From positions 664-64,663 of the forward strand of contig CADCLU010000005.1 of NCBI GenBank assembly GCA_902802355.1: 64,000 nt of DNA, in the 5' to 3' direction. Of this stretch, positions 37,129-47,850 are shown piece after piece. The first letter of the stretch is position 1. Every line of letters starts with the position of its first letter. The notes below the pieces were generated by a model, which was given only the letters and a program-made list of their open reading frames with translations, did no database searches and was not told where the DNA came from. The position numbers and the translations under genes were made by a program. Source of the stretch: an uncultured Erysipelotrichaceae bacterium. Lineage in GTDB: Bacteria; Bacillota_I; Bacilli_A; RFN20; CAG-826.

Positions 37129-38342
37129 GATGGGTCAGCCTCCATATATATGGCTTTGAGTTCCTCGGCTCCGAGAATCTTCGGGACAGGATAGAGAGGA
37201 TTGGCTTCGTGGAGGGCGGCCTTCACGAGGTCATTGAGATCCTCTTTCTTGATGACATGGTCGAAATGGGCTGGGATGCCAAGAGAGTACTTAAGCATCT
37301 TGACGTAATCGATGAAGGCTTTGGCGGCCTTATCGGTCTTCGATTCTGGATGGACGATTTCGATGAGTTTGGCCAAATCCGCAAGCTTTTTGTGGGCCTT
37401 TTTGCCAAAAGCCTCAAGAACATACGGGAGAAGTACGGCATTAGCGAATCCATGTGGGACGTTATACTTTCCGCCTATCGCATGGGCTAAGGCGTGGACA
37501 TATCCGACGTATGAACGTGTGAAGGCAACGCCTGCGAGATAGGAGGCATAAATCATGTTCTTGCCTGCTGCCAAGTTATGAGGGTCTTGGTATAAGCCAA
37601 GGAGATTATGGTAGATGATGTTGACCGCGTAGAGGGCGCATTTCTTCGTTTTCCTGGTGAGGGCGTTTCCGATATAGGCCTCCACCGCATGCGTCAAAGC
37701 GTCCATGCCGGTCGCGGCGATGGTCTTTGGAGGAAGAGTCTCTAAGAGAGTCTCATCGAGAATCGCATAATCCGGGACGAGCTTAGGATCGTTGATCGCA
37801 TATTTGGATCTGGTTTCTGGATCGATGATGACCGCGGCTACTGTGGCTTCGCTTCCGGTTCCGGCTGTCGTTGGGATGGCCACTAAGCATGGATATTTCT
37901 TTTTGACCTTGAAAAGGCCTTTGAGGGAGGAGATGTCTTTGGTGTCGTTAGAGATGCAGGCTCCGATGATCTTGGCGACGTCGATCGCGGAACCACCGCC
38001 AAAGGCGATGATCGAATCGATGCCTTCCTCTTTGACTGCATCTAGGGCAGGAAGAACGCTGTTGAAGGTTGGGTTTGGCTCCACTCCGAAATAGAGGGAG
38101 TATTTGAGGCCCTTCTGTTCTAATGCGTCCGTCAAAGGTCCGATCTTCCCAATCTTCTCAAGGATTGGGTCAGCTACGATAAGAGGTTTCTTGTAGCCAT
38201 TCTCGGCAATGATGTCGGCGGCTTTGACATAAAAAGCAGGCCCTTTGATGGTCTTTGGTTCCGGGAACTTGATTAAAGGCATCCCGATTTTGTTCAAAAC
38301 GAACTGATAGGTACGGTACCCAGCGACTTTGAAAATATTCAT
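37119..38342 (-). CDS. Iron-containing alcohol dehydrogenase
   Basis: GGGSAID, PTTAGTGSE, GMDALTHAVE, HALAH and HG motifs. Confidence 0.93.
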   Translation of the reverse strand: MNIFKVAGYRTYQFVLNKIGMPLIKFPEPKTIKGPAFYVKAADIIAENGYKKPLIVADPILEKIGKIGPLTDALEQKGLKYSLYFGVEPNPTFNSVLPALDAVKEEGIDSIIAFGGGSAIDVAKIIGACISNDTKDISSLKGLFKVKKKYPCLVAIPTTAGTGSEATVAAVIIDPETRSKYAINDPKLVPDYAILDETLLETLPPKTIAATGMDALTHAVEAYIGNALTRKTKKCALYAVNIIYHNLLGLYQDPHNLAAGKNMIYASYLAGVAFTRSYVGYVHALAHAIGGKYNVPHGFANAVLLPYVLEAFGKKAHKKLADLAKLIEIVHPESKTDKAAKAFIDYVKMLKYSLGIPAHFDHVIKKEDLNDLVKAALHEANPLYPVPKILGAEELKAIYMEADPSCK

Positions 38343-38386
38343 AACTTTGATGACATTGTAAACCTTGTAAGGGTTTAATGCATCAG

Positions 38387-39874
38387 TTAGGCGTTACGGA
38401 TAGCGAGTTTAGCGTCAATCTCAGCGAAGGCTTTTTTGTTGTAGATAGGAATGATTGGGATGTAGGCGAGTATCGAAAGCATCCAGCTGATAGGCCAGCA
38501 AATCCAAAGCAATGGGAGAGTATGAATCTCAGGGATCTTGGCCCAGATGAAGTTGATGTAGACGATTCTCATGACGGTGACGAAAAGAAGGGTGATGAGG
38601 GTTGGGGTTTTCGAATGCCCAAGGCCTCTAAGATAGAAGGAGCAGACATCCATATAGCCATCAAGGACATAGGTAAGGCCAACGAGGGTTATTCGCATTG
38701 TTCCTACTTCGAGCGCCATCTTGAAAGCACTCTCGAGGAAAGTTCCGGATTCGTCGGTGAATACTTTCGGAGAGATAAATAAACCAATCAATTGATAGCG
38801 AAGGAAATACGAGATGAGGCCTAAGGAAACGCCGATGATGGTTTCGTACATCATCGAGATCCAGAAGACCTTCTTGAGGTTCTCTTTCTTGAGCGCTCCA
38901 TAGTTCTGCGAGATGAACGAGGAGACGGCTACGGCAAAGCCATTCATGGCAATCCAAATGTAATGCTCAATCTGAATCGAGGCAGTGTTTCCTGCCACTG
39001 CCACATCGCTAGCTAGCTCAGCGGTTTCGAAACCGTTGACGCCGGCTTGGATGAAGATATTTGAGAAAGAGAAAATGAAGGACTGGATTCCGGCAGGGAT
39101 TCCGTTCTTGAGAATCTCTTTGGTCTCTTTCTTATAAACGGTCCAGTCTTTCCAGGAGAAGACCGCAAAGGATTCTTTGTTATGGGACAAGAAGAAAAGG
39201 ATGAGAAGGGCTTCTAGGAATTCGGCGATGACAGTCGTGATGGCAACACCTATGACATCGAGGTTAAAGACCATGACGAAGAGGAAGTTAAGGCCGATAT
39301 TGACGATGCCACAGATAAGCAAAACATAGAGAGGACGCTTGGAATCGCCCATGCCCCTAAGGAGAGCGGAGCCGAAATTGAAGACCATCAAGAACGGCAT
39401 TCCAAGGAAGTAAATGCGAAGGTAGGCGATGGCTTTGTCGATATAGAGGTCCGGCGTCTTCATAAGTTCCAATAGAGTTGGGGCGACAAACCAAGCTGCG
39501 ACAGCGAGGAAGACACCTGAGAGCAAAGAGATGATGACGGAACTCTGAACGGTCCTTCGAGCGGTCTCTTTGTCGTTCATGCCTCTTGCTTTGGCGATGA
39601 CAACGTTGGCCCCTACTGATATGCCGACGAATAATCCGATGATGAGGTTAATGAGGGCACTATTGCTCCCAACCGCGTTCATCGAGGTATATCCACCGCC
39701 GAAGTTGGCGACGACAAGCTGGTCGACGGAGCTATAGAACATCTGGAGGAAGGAAAGAAGGACCATCGGGATGGCGTATAGCGGAATGGTTGCGAAAAGA
39801 TTGCCTTCCGTAAGGTTGATCTGGCCGCTGAAGATGCGGTGAAGTTTTTGACTGAAGGACTCTTTTTTCTCCAC
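38387..39874 (-). CDS. MATE family efflux transporter
   Basis: About 12 TM helices; LRGMGDSKRPL and LRGLGHSKTP repeats. Confidence 0.92.
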   Translation of the reverse strand: MEKKESFSQKLHRIFSGQINLTEGNLFATIPLYAIPMVLLSFLQMFYSSVDQLVVANFGGGYTSMNAVGSNSALINLIIGLFVGISVGANVVIAKARGMNDKETARRTVQSSVIISLLSGVFLAVAAWFVAPTLLELMKTPDLYIDKAIAYLRIYFLGMPFLMVFNFGSALLRGMGDSKRPLYVLLICGIVNIGLNFLFVMVFNLDVIGVAITTVIAEFLEALLILFFLSHNKESFAVFSWKDWTVYKKETKEILKNGIPAGIQSFIFSFSNIFIQAGVNGFETAELASDVAVAGNTASIQIEHYIWIAMNGFAVAVSSFISQNYGALKKENLKKVFWISMMYETIIGVSLGLISYFLRYQLIGLFISPKVFTDESGTFLESAFKMALEVGTMRITLVGLTYVLDGYMDVCSFYLRGLGHSKTPTLITLLFVTVMRIVYINFIWAKIPEIHTLPLLWICWPISWMLSILAYIPIIPIYNKKAFAEIDAKLAIRNA

Positions 39875-40011
39875 GAGGACATATTCTAGTTTTTTCTAGG
39901 ATAAATTCCTAGAAGAATGCGTAGATGCCTTTCTTTTGAAATCAGCGTAAAAAGAAAAAATCCCCCGTTTTTGCAGGGGATATTTCAAAAATTGTTAGTT
40001 TTTTGAGGGAA

Positions 40012-40404
40012 TTACTTCTCGGTTTTGTAGGTGTCTCTGATGATCATCAAGATACCGGCGATGGTGTTGACGAAGATAAGGGAGCAGATTGAGAATCCGA
40101 TGCCGTAAGGCTCGTTCTTCTCAGCCTGTTTGAAGGCATGCATCGTCATTGGGACCATCCAGATGAGAGGGATGAGGGCGAAACCGAAGGCGACGGTTGA
40201 AAGGACCATTAAGATCTTGATGGCAAGATCGAGTCCGGTCTGAGCCTCGCTCGCGACTTTATCATCCTTTTTGGAGGAATTGACGACCTCAGCTTCCTCG
40301 TAGCGATCGTCGTCGGAATAGTTGTCCTGAAGGGCGCCGCAAGATGGGCAGAACTTGTTTCCGTTCTCCACTTCTTTGCCGCAGTGATGGCAGAAATGTT
40401 TCAT
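40012..40404 (-). CDS. Zinc-ribbon domain membrane protein
   Basis: CHHC..FCPSCG at the N-terminus; C-terminal TM segments. Confidence 0.8.
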   Translation of the reverse strand: MKHFCHHCGKEVENGNKFCPSCGALQDNYSDDDRYEEAEVVNSSKKDDKVASEAQTGLDLAIKILMVLSTVAFGFALIPLIWMVPMTMHAFKQAEKNEPYGIGFSICSLIFVNTIAGILMIIRDTYKTEK

Positions 40405-40406
40405 GT

Positions 40407-41162
40407 TTATTCTCCTTTTATTTCATAAGGGGCAGTCCAATCGATGCCCGCTTTAAGAAGCAATTGGCGTTTCTTGATGTTGTAATTCTCAAGAGTGAAC
40501 TCATCTTGATGGGCGTCAAAATGCTCTCTAAGAGCAATATTAACCCCATCTATGATTTTTGGGAAGAGAGGGTTGCTCTCAATTGGGTCATGGACGATGG
40601 ATGGTTTCTCTTTCTCAAGGGCGAAAAGCCTTTTCCCCTCCTCTAAGCCAAACATCATGATAAGGGATTCGTAGGTTGGGAAGAGGTTCGCTCTTTCTTC
40701 TTCTGGATATCTCCATACAAGGCGTATTTCCCTTTCCTTAGCGAATATGGCGTCTTTTGCATCCTGGGTTTGGAAGGCATAGTAGGCCGCTTCGTCATAA
40801 CATTCTCTTTCCTTGTCAACATCCTCAAGGTAATCAAAGGCTTCGGCTAATTTGAGATATGAGATACGTAATTCTTCCTTGCTGAAGGTCTCTTTCCTAG
40901 TTTGGAGGAGTTTGTACGCTTCATTGGCGGCGTCTCTCCCCTTCCATGGCTCTTCGGCGTTGTTGACCGAATGGAAATAAAGAAGGTCGAGAGCGACGAG
41001 TTCCCCAAAGGATTCGACTTTGTCTTCTTTTAGAAGCTGCTCCCTGAAAGAGAGAACGAACTGGGAAAGGTCCTTCCTCTTGTCTTTCATGACTTTCTCA
41101 AAGAGATATTCGTATGAGGATTTGATTTCCTCTTCATTATTCGTATCGATCTTTTTCTTCAT
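40407..41162 (-). CDS. Hypothetical helical (TPR-like) protein
   Basis: YLKLAEAF..ECYDEA TPR-like pattern; C-terminal DPIE...GIDW. Confidence 0.65.
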   Translation of the reverse strand: MKKKIDTNNEEEIKSSYEYLFEKVMKDKRKDLSQFVLSFREQLLKEDKVESFGELVALDLLYFHSVNNAEEPWKGRDAANEAYKLLQTRKETFSKEELRISYLKLAEAFDYLEDVDKERECYDEAAYYAFQTQDAKDAIFAKEREIRLVWRYPEEERANLFPTYESLIMMFGLEEGKRLFALEKEKPSIVHDPIESNPLFPKIIDGVNIALREHFDAHQDEFTLENYNIKKRQLLLKAGIDWTAPYEIKGE

Positions 41163-41278
41163 AACTAGGCCTTAGATAGTATCGGTTTTCGATTCTTTAT
41201 TTTCAAGTTATCGTGAAAACTGGCTCGGTTTTTTATATATCATTTGATATATTCCTTCAAAAAACCCACAATTTAGAT

Positions 41279-42979
41279 ATGAACAAGATTAAACGCAACA
41301 TCCTCTTGCTTGGACTTGTCTCCTCCTTCGGTCTTCTTGGAGCCTCTTCCCTTCCCTTGAATGCGGAACCAACTTCCTCAGAACCAAGGTTTGCGAACAA
41401 GCTGCCGAGCACCATTGATCTAAACGACTCAACCGAAACCGAAATCAGAAGCTATTACTCTTCCTTAGGCTCCTTAAGCGCCTCGGAGAGAAATGGCACG
41501 AACCTTCTTAAGAACCTTAAGCCGATCCTTCAGGATTTCGACTACTATAGCTACGACAACGTCTGGAAGATCTACGAGATTACAGACAGAGATTGGAACC
41601 TTTCCCCTGCCATTTCGGACAGCGATAACGGAATTACTTACGACTCTGCGACGAACACCTATACCAAATACGGATATCTTTCTAACGCCAAAAAGGACGC
41701 CACCTCTAACCCATACGTCCACACCCTCTATAGGAACGTTGATGCAAATGGGTCCATCGTCGAAGAAGGCCGCATCAAAGAATGGGGCGACCACAACGCG
41801 ACTGGTACGAATAGAGAACATGTTTGGTGCCAATCTAGAGGCTTTAAAGCATCTTCAGGCGCGGAAGGCCCTGCTGGAACCGACGTCCACCATCTCATCT
41901 CAGGCGATGGCAGAGTCAATCAGTCCTACCACAACAACAGTCCTTATGGCTATGTCGACAAGACGAGCTCCAAAACCAAGAATGCCGGAAGCGATAAGCC
42001 ATATCTCGAAGGCAATCTTCTTGGACCGCAGCTTCACGCTCATGCCGATGATGTGACCAATATGGTCTTTGAGCCACAAGATAGCGACAAAGGCGATATT
42101 GCTCGTGCCCTTTTCTATATGGCTGCCTGCTATAACAACTTCTCAGGCAACGAGACCATCACGCAGTTCAACCCTAACCTTCTTTTAGTCGATTATGCGA
42201 CTAGCGATGGAGCGGCTGAAGAATCAAGCGCTTCTCACCCAGTCACCATGGGAATCCTCAGTGATCTCCTTGAGTGGCACAAGCTCGATCCGGTTGATGA
42301 ATATGAGATCCATAGAAACAACCTGATTTACAAAAACTTCCAGCATAACCGCAATCCTTTCATCGATTTCCCAGAGTGGGTCGATGTCGTTTGGGGAAAC
42401 GATTCTTCTAAGATCGCTGACCCAACGAACGACAAAATCGGCTCAAGCGAACAAGGTCCAATAACGGTCACTCCTTCGACACTCAATTTCGAAATCAGCC
42501 AAGATGCCTGTCGCATGGGAGCGTCAGTCAAAGTCAAAGCGGACATCGACGATGAATTGACTTACAAAATCTCTGATGCGATCGTTGAAGTCAAAAAAGG
42601 CGAAACCGTCACTGATTCCGACGGCGTTAAAGAGACCACTTTCGAAGTCACGACGCTAGAGCATTTCACTGTAGGCTCTACCACTATCACCTTCAAAGGT
42701 CACAAAGGCGAGGAAGAGGTGACCGCAACGCTTAAGGTCACCATCACAGAAGCGAAGAAAGCCCCTGAAACTGATAACGAAAACCCATTCGTTAAGGCTC
42801 TTAGGGGAGTATTCGGAGATGCCGCCGAGACAGTGTTTGTCATTATCATCGTTGCTCTCGTCATCCTCGTTCTCTCAATCCTCATCCTTACCTTCGTGAT
42901 GATGGGCAAGAAAAATAGAAAGAAGGCTTTGAAGAAAGTCACCAAAGCCGCTAAAAGAAGCTACAAAAGGAGAAAGTAA
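41279..42979 (+). CDS. Surface-anchored endonuclease I family nuclease
   Basis: Signal peptide; NREHVW, TDVHHL, KGDIARALFYMA, WHKLDPVDEYE and RN..QHNRNPFIDFPE motifs; C-terminal TM with basic tail. Confidence 0.9.
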   Translation: MNKIKRNILLLGLVSSFGLLGASSLPLNAEPTSSEPRFANKLPSTIDLNDSTETEIRSYYSSLGSLSASERNGTNLLKNLKPILQDFDYYSYDNVWKIYEITDRDWNLSPAISDSDNGITYDSATNTYTKYGYLSNAKKDATSNPYVHTLYRNVDANGSIVEEGRIKEWGDHNATGTNREHVWCQSRGFKASSGAEGPAGTDVHHLISGDGRVNQSYHNNSPYGYVDKTSSKTKNAGSDKPYLEGNLLGPQLHAHADDVTNMVFEPQDSDKGDIARALFYMAACYNNFSGNETITQFNPNLLLVDYATSDGAAEESSASHPVTMGILSDLLEWHKLDPVDEYEIHRNNLIYKNFQHNRNPFIDFPEWVDVVWGNDSSKIADPTNDKIGSSEQGPITVTPSTLNFEISQDACRMGASVKVKADIDDELTYKISDAIVEVKKGETVTDSDGVKETTFEVTTLEHFTVGSTTITFKGHKGEEEVTATLKVTITEAKKAPETDNENPFVKALRGVFGDAAETVFVIIIVALVILVLSILILTFVMMGKKNRKKALKKVTKAAKRSYKRRK

Positions 42980-42981
42980 GC

Positions 42982-44496
42982 ATGTCAGTTAAAGTCACCC
43001 CTTACATTCCAAATGAAGACTACGACAACCCAGCGATGGTCGTCGATTTCTATGAGTTCGCGATGGCGAATTCCCTTTTCCTTCACGGATACAAAGACAC
43101 CATCGTCGTCTTCGACATGTTCTTCAGAGAGAACCCGGATAACCTTGGCTATGCTATCTCGTGCGGCCAGGCTAAGTTAACTAAGTTCCTTCTCAACTAC
43201 CACTTCAACGAAGAAGACCTTATCTATCTACGTGGCAAAGGCATGTCCGAGGAATTCCTAGAGTGCCTTCGCACCTACAAATGGAAAGGCGATATGTACG
43301 CCCTCAAAGAAGGATGCGTCGCCTATCCTCAGGTCCCGATGGTCAGAATCGAATGCGATATGATCGGTGCCATCCTTATCGAGACCTATCTCCTTCAGAC
43401 CATGAACTTCCACTCCTTAATCGCCACCAAAGCGACAAGGATCTCCGGACTCTCCTCCCATAAAGAGAGAGCGGTCATGGAATTCGGCACTAGACGTGCC
43501 CAAGGCCAAAGCGCAGGCAACGATGGCGCATATGCCGCCGTCCTTGGCGGATGCATCGGCACCGCTAACTGCTTAGCTGAGATGAAATATGGCCCAGAGG
43601 TCAAAGCGGTCGGAACCATCGCCCACTCCTTCATCGAATTCTATCCTGATGAGCTTAGCGCTTTCCGCGCCTATGCTGAGACCTATCCAGATAACGTTTC
43701 CTTGCTTTTAGACACTTACAGTGTCTTTGGCTCAGGACTTCCTAACCTCATCAAGTTAGATGATGAGCTCATCAAGAAGTATCCAAACGACCCAAATAAG
43801 AGAGTCAAATCCGCCCGTGTCGATTCTGGTGATCTTGCTAGAACCTACAAGAGGCTTAGAAAGGCCCTTGATGCGGCTGGAAAGAGCTACGTCAAATTAA
43901 TCGCTTCCAATTCTCTTGATGAGAGAAAGATTATGAACATGGAAGTCTATGAGGGCGCGAAGTTCGACGCCTATGGCGTTGGGGAGAACCTCATCACTTC
44001 CGCCACAGACCCTGTCTTCGGTGGGGTTTATAAGCTTGTCGCCGTCAAGAACGCCGACGGCAGTTACACCCCAAAGATGAAATGCTCCGACTCTTCCGTC
44101 AAAGCCATCATCCCAGGCAAACTCATGGCCTACCGCATCTTTGATGAGAATGGCCAAGGACAATGCGATTTGATCACCTTCGACGATGAGGTCGTTGAGG
44201 AGGGAAAGCCTGTCACCGTTTACGATTTCGACCCAACCTCATTCAAGAGACAAAGAGTCATCACCCCTTATAAGGTTGAGAAGCTTCTTGTCCCTTATAT
44301 CATCGGTGGCAAACTCGCAGGACCTCTTCCATCGATCACCGAGAAGAAGAACTACATCAAAGACCAGCTCGAGAACAAAGTCTGGGAATCCGAGCTTAGA
44401 CCCGAGCTTCCTCACGTCCACTACGTGGATCTAAGCGAAAGGCTCTATAACGTCCGTACAGAGCTCTACGAAAAACTTCACGGCGGAAAGATCTAA
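42982..44496 (+). CDS. pncB: Nicotinate phosphoribosyltransferase
   Basis: DFYEFAM, FDMFFR, EFGTRRAQG, GTIAHSF, LLDTY, RVDSGDL and GGVYKLV motifs. Confidence 0.95.
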   Translation: MSVKVTPYIPNEDYDNPAMVVDFYEFAMANSLFLHGYKDTIVVFDMFFRENPDNLGYAISCGQAKLTKFLLNYHFNEEDLIYLRGKGMSEEFLECLRTYKWKGDMYALKEGCVAYPQVPMVRIECDMIGAILIETYLLQTMNFHSLIATKATRISGLSSHKERAVMEFGTRRAQGQSAGNDGAYAAVLGGCIGTANCLAEMKYGPEVKAVGTIAHSFIEFYPDELSAFRAYAETYPDNVSLLLDTYSVFGSGLPNLIKLDDELIKKYPNDPNKRVKSARVDSGDLARTYKRLRKALDAAGKSYVKLIASNSLDERKIMNMEVYEGAKFDAYGVGENLITSATDPVFGGVYKLVAVKNADGSYTPKMKCSDSSVKAIIPGKLMAYRIFDENGQGQCDLITFDDEVVEEGKPVTVYDFDPTSFKRQRVITPYKVEKLLVPYIIGGKLAGPLPSITEKKNYIKDQLENKVWESELRPELPHVHYVDLSERLYNVRTELYEKLHGGKI

Positions 44497-44534
44497 AGAC
44501 AAAAGAAAAAGCCTCGCTTCGGCGGGGCTCTTTT

Positions 44535-47096
44535 TTATTCTACGCTCTTGAGGGATTCGACCATCTTCACGCTGTCGCTTTGGAATGAGTAGAAACCATT
44601 GACGAGGAGAGCGACAACGAACGTGAGGACGAACGACAATACGAACGAGAGAGGGTTGATATGGAAGAGATAATGGACGAGCTCAACTTTGTTGAGGGTC
44701 ATGACGCCCATGTGGAATGGTATGCCAGCGAATAAGCCTATGCCTACACCTATTGCGACAAGGGCCATCATCTCGAAGATGAGAGGGAAGGCGATCTCAG
44801 CGCGCGAGAAACCTAAGACCTTGAGGGTTGCGATATCCCTTGTCCTGTCTTTGAAGTTCATGAGAGCGAGGTTATAGAGAACCGTGATGGCAAGAAGGAT
44901 GGCGAAGACCTTGACGGCATTGGTCATGATGAGGATGCCTCCCATGACGTCACTCACCGATTTGGCCCAGTCTTCCTGGGTTTGGGCTTGCATGACATAA
45001 GGCAAGGCTAGGAGCTTCGTTTTGATCTCGTCAGGGCTATAGCCCTCAACTATGTCGAGGTTGCAACCTGAATAGGAACCTCCCCAATCGCCAAGGACTG
45101 GGGAATCGCCATAGACGATGACGCCGTTATAGACGAAAGCCTCATAGACATCGTAGACAGTCGCGCTGTAGGTCACATTCGAATAGGTGAAGGTGACAGT
45201 GTCCCCCGCTTTCGCGCCTGTTGAGTCAGAGATTTTCTGAGAGATGGCGACCTGGTCAAGAGGCATCTCAGGAACGTATTTCATGTGGGATTTGCGGCCG
45301 TTTTCACCCAAAATGAAGATAAAAGAGTCGGCAGAATGACCTTCTTCGTAACTGATCGTGGAAGTCGCTCTCGTATACATCTCAAAAGACTTGACCCCCT
45401 CGATTCCCATGAGGTCATCTTCAATGTCCGCTTTCGTTTTGATTGAGGAAAAAGTGAGAGATATGTCTTGGCTATTGCCTAGGACCATATCGTGATCAAG
45501 GCCATAGTTAATCGTGTCCTCAACACCAAAGCCACAGACAAGAAGAGCTGTGCAACCGACGATGCCGACAATGACCATGATGGATTTGACGACATCGCTG
45601 AACATGTTTCTTAGAGCCATCTTAAGGGATAAGAAAGTGATGCCGTGTTTCGGCTCAATCTTAAGCGAATAGGATTTCATGACCCTTGGACGAGGTCTCA
45701 TCGATTCGCAAGGCTTAAGGGATATTTCCCTTCTAGCGATGAAATAGGTGACTCCTGCCGCAATCGATAGGAACGATAGAGCGGTCAATATTCCAGTAAA
45801 CCAAGGGAAGACATAGCCAAGGGTTGGAAGGGTATAAATAATCGCGTATTTCTTATCCATGATCCATGGGATGAGGATTGGACCGACGATCTCGCCGATA
45901 AGGGTTCCGATTCCGACCAAAGCGAGGGTGATCGCAACATAAAGGGACATAATCTCGCCGTTTTTGAGACCTAACGCTTTCATCGTGCCGATCTGCATCC
46001 TCTCTTTGAGGATGATTTGCGAGGTGGTCGTTAATATGACAAGGACCGCGACTAGGAAGAAAACGAACGGGAAAAGGAAGGTGAAGTTACGGGCTTGCTC
46101 AACGTCATTGTGGACCGTGATGACGAAAGGCATATCACTTCTATCGTTGGTGGAGAGAAGGTTATTGGCCGTCTTTGATTTGAAATACTCGTTGACGCTT
46201 TTCTTGATTAAGGAGGAGTCCTCCCCTTCATTCAGTTTGATGAGGTACTGGTTCGGACAAAGGAGACGTCCCTCATAATTCATGGTGCCGTCACCCTGGA
46301 AGAAAGAGGCTTCTGTGAGGATCTCATGGAGGACATTTATCTCCTTGATCTTATCTTCTTCTGAGAGCTCGCTTTTCATGTTGCCGTAGAGCATCTCATC
46401 GAAGGCTTTGTGGAAGGCTTTGTCACTGATGATGATGGTTGAGTTATTGTATGAGGATTTCGCGATGTTCTCTGGGAATTTCATGAGTCCCGTGACCTTG
46501 AAATCAAGGACAAGCGTCTTCGCTTTGAGAGGGTTCTTCTCATCGTCGTAGTAGCGTTCAAGCTTAAGCAGATCGGAAAGCCATGAAGACCTTGAGGTGA
46601 AGGCACTCATATCGAGGGTGATATCGAAATCGCCACCTAGGGTGTATGAGCCTAAAGCGGCTTTGCTTGGGTCGGTTGAGCCAAGGGATTCGTCAATCCT
46701 GACGAAATAATCCGAGGTATCTTGCTCGTTCTTCTGAAGGTCATATGGATGGGAGATAGAAGGTTCTCCATCGGTCACGGCGACATAGACACTATGATGT
46801 CCGGCCTGACCCATGATCTCGAAACGGGATTCAACACTGCCTTTATCTTGGACAATATATTTAATCGCGGCTTCGTCACGTTCATCGTAACTAAGCGTGG
46901 TGACCCAAAGGTCGGCCATGTTGCCATTTCTGAAAGTTGTCTCAACACGGCTAGAGAAATTCTCGGCATTGGCCATAAGGCCAACAAAAAGAGTCACCGC
47001 GATCGCACCGATGGCGATGATGGCGAGGAATTGCTTCCAGTTGTTCTTTATTTCCCTGAGGCCGAGTTTGGCGAGGAGTTTTTTGACGCTCACCAC
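44535..47096 (-). CDS. FtsX-like ABC transporter permease (duplicated)
   Basis: ERMQIGTMKALG and RTRDIATLKVLG repeats; MVESLKSVE terminus. Confidence 0.9.
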   Translation of the reverse strand: MVSVKKLLAKLGLREIKNNWKQFLAIIAIGAIAVTLFVGLMANAENFSSRVETTFRNGNMADLWVTTLSYDERDEAAIKYIVQDKGSVESRFEIMGQAGHHSVYVAVTDGEPSISHPYDLQKNEQDTSDYFVRIDESLGSTDPSKAALGSYTLGGDFDITLDMSAFTSRSSWLSDLLKLERYYDDEKNPLKAKTLVLDFKVTGLMKFPENIAKSSYNNSTIIISDKAFHKAFDEMLYGNMKSELSEEDKIKEINVLHEILTEASFFQGDGTMNYEGRLLCPNQYLIKLNEGEDSSLIKKSVNEYFKSKTANNLLSTNDRSDMPFVITVHNDVEQARNFTFLFPFVFFLVAVLVILTTTSQIILKERMQIGTMKALGLKNGEIMSLYVAITLALVGIGTLIGEIVGPILIPWIMDKKYAIIYTLPTLGYVFPWFTGILTALSFLSIAAGVTYFIARREISLKPCESMRPRPRVMKSYSLKIEPKHGITFLSLKMALRNMFSDVVKSIMVIVGIVGCTALLVCGFGVEDTINYGLDHDMVLGNSQDISLTFSSIKTKADIEDDLMGIEGVKSFEMYTRATSTISYEEGHSADSFIFILGENGRKSHMKYVPEMPLDQVAISQKISDSTGAKAGDTVTFTYSNVTYSATVYDVYEAFVYNGVIVYGDSPVLGDWGGSYSGCNLDIVEGYSPDEIKTKLLALPYVMQAQTQEDWAKSVSDVMGGILIMTNAVKVFAILLAITVLYNLALMNFKDRTRDIATLKVLGFSRAEIAFPLIFEMMALVAIGVGIGLFAGIPFHMGVMTLNKVELVHYLFHINPLSFVLSFVLTFVVALLVNGFYSFQSDSVKMVESLKSVE

Positions 47097-47794
47097 TTAA
47101 CCTCCGAAGGCTTAAGCGGGTTCTCCACTATTTCGTTCGTCTCGATTTTGCCATCTCTGATGCGGATAAGACGTTCTGCGCATTCGGCGATCTGGCTGTT
47201 ATGGGTGACGAGGATGACGGTTTTCTTGTATTCCACCGCGACTTCATTGAGAAGCTCGATGATTGAAGCGCCTGTTTTACTATCTAAAGCGCCAGTAGGC
47301 TCATCGCAAAGGAGGAGCTTAGGGTTCTTGACGATAGCACGGGCAATCGCGACTCTTTGCTGCTCACCACCAGATAACTGGGATGGGAAGTTATTGGCTC
47401 TTTTCTCTAAGCCAACGCGTTTAAGGATGTCTCTCGCATCGAATGGGTTTTTGGCAACGCTTGCCGCAAGTTCGATATTCTCAAGCGCCGTAAGGTTCGG
47501 CATGAGGTTATAGAACTGGAAAACGAATCCGATGTCCTGTCTTCTGAAGAGGGCGAGTTTCTTGGATTTGTATTTGGCGATGTCCTCTCCGGCGACGAGA
47601 TATTCGCCGCTTGTTGCATTATCCATTCCGCCTAAAAGGTTAAGGAGAGTGCTCTTGCCTGCGCCAGAGGCACCTAAGATAACGACAAACTCACCCTCGT
47701 TGAGGGTGAAAGAGACATCATCCAAAGCCCTGACCTCATTGTCCTGGCCTTGGTTGTATATTTTCGAAAGATGAGAGACTTTGATTTGTTCCAT
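47090..47794 (-). CDS. ABC transporter ATP-binding protein (LolD/MacB-like)
   Basis: GASGAGKST, LSGGEQQRV and LLCDEPTGALD motifs. Confidence 0.93.
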   Translation of the reverse strand: MEQIKVSHLSKIYNQGQDNEVRALDDVSFTLNEGEFVVILGASGAGKSTLLNLLGGMDNATSGEYLVAGEDIAKYKSKKLALFRRQDIGFVFQFYNLMPNLTALENIELAASVAKNPFDARDILKRVGLEKRANNFPSQLSGGEQQRVAIARAIVKNPKLLLCDEPTGALDSKTGASIIELLNEVAVEYKKTVILVTHNSQIAECAERLIRIRDGKIETNEIVENPLKPSEVKW

Positions 47795-47850
47795 GCTCTT
47801 GTTTATACCCCAATACGTTGGGGTTAACAAGAATTAGGCGTTTTTGGACA

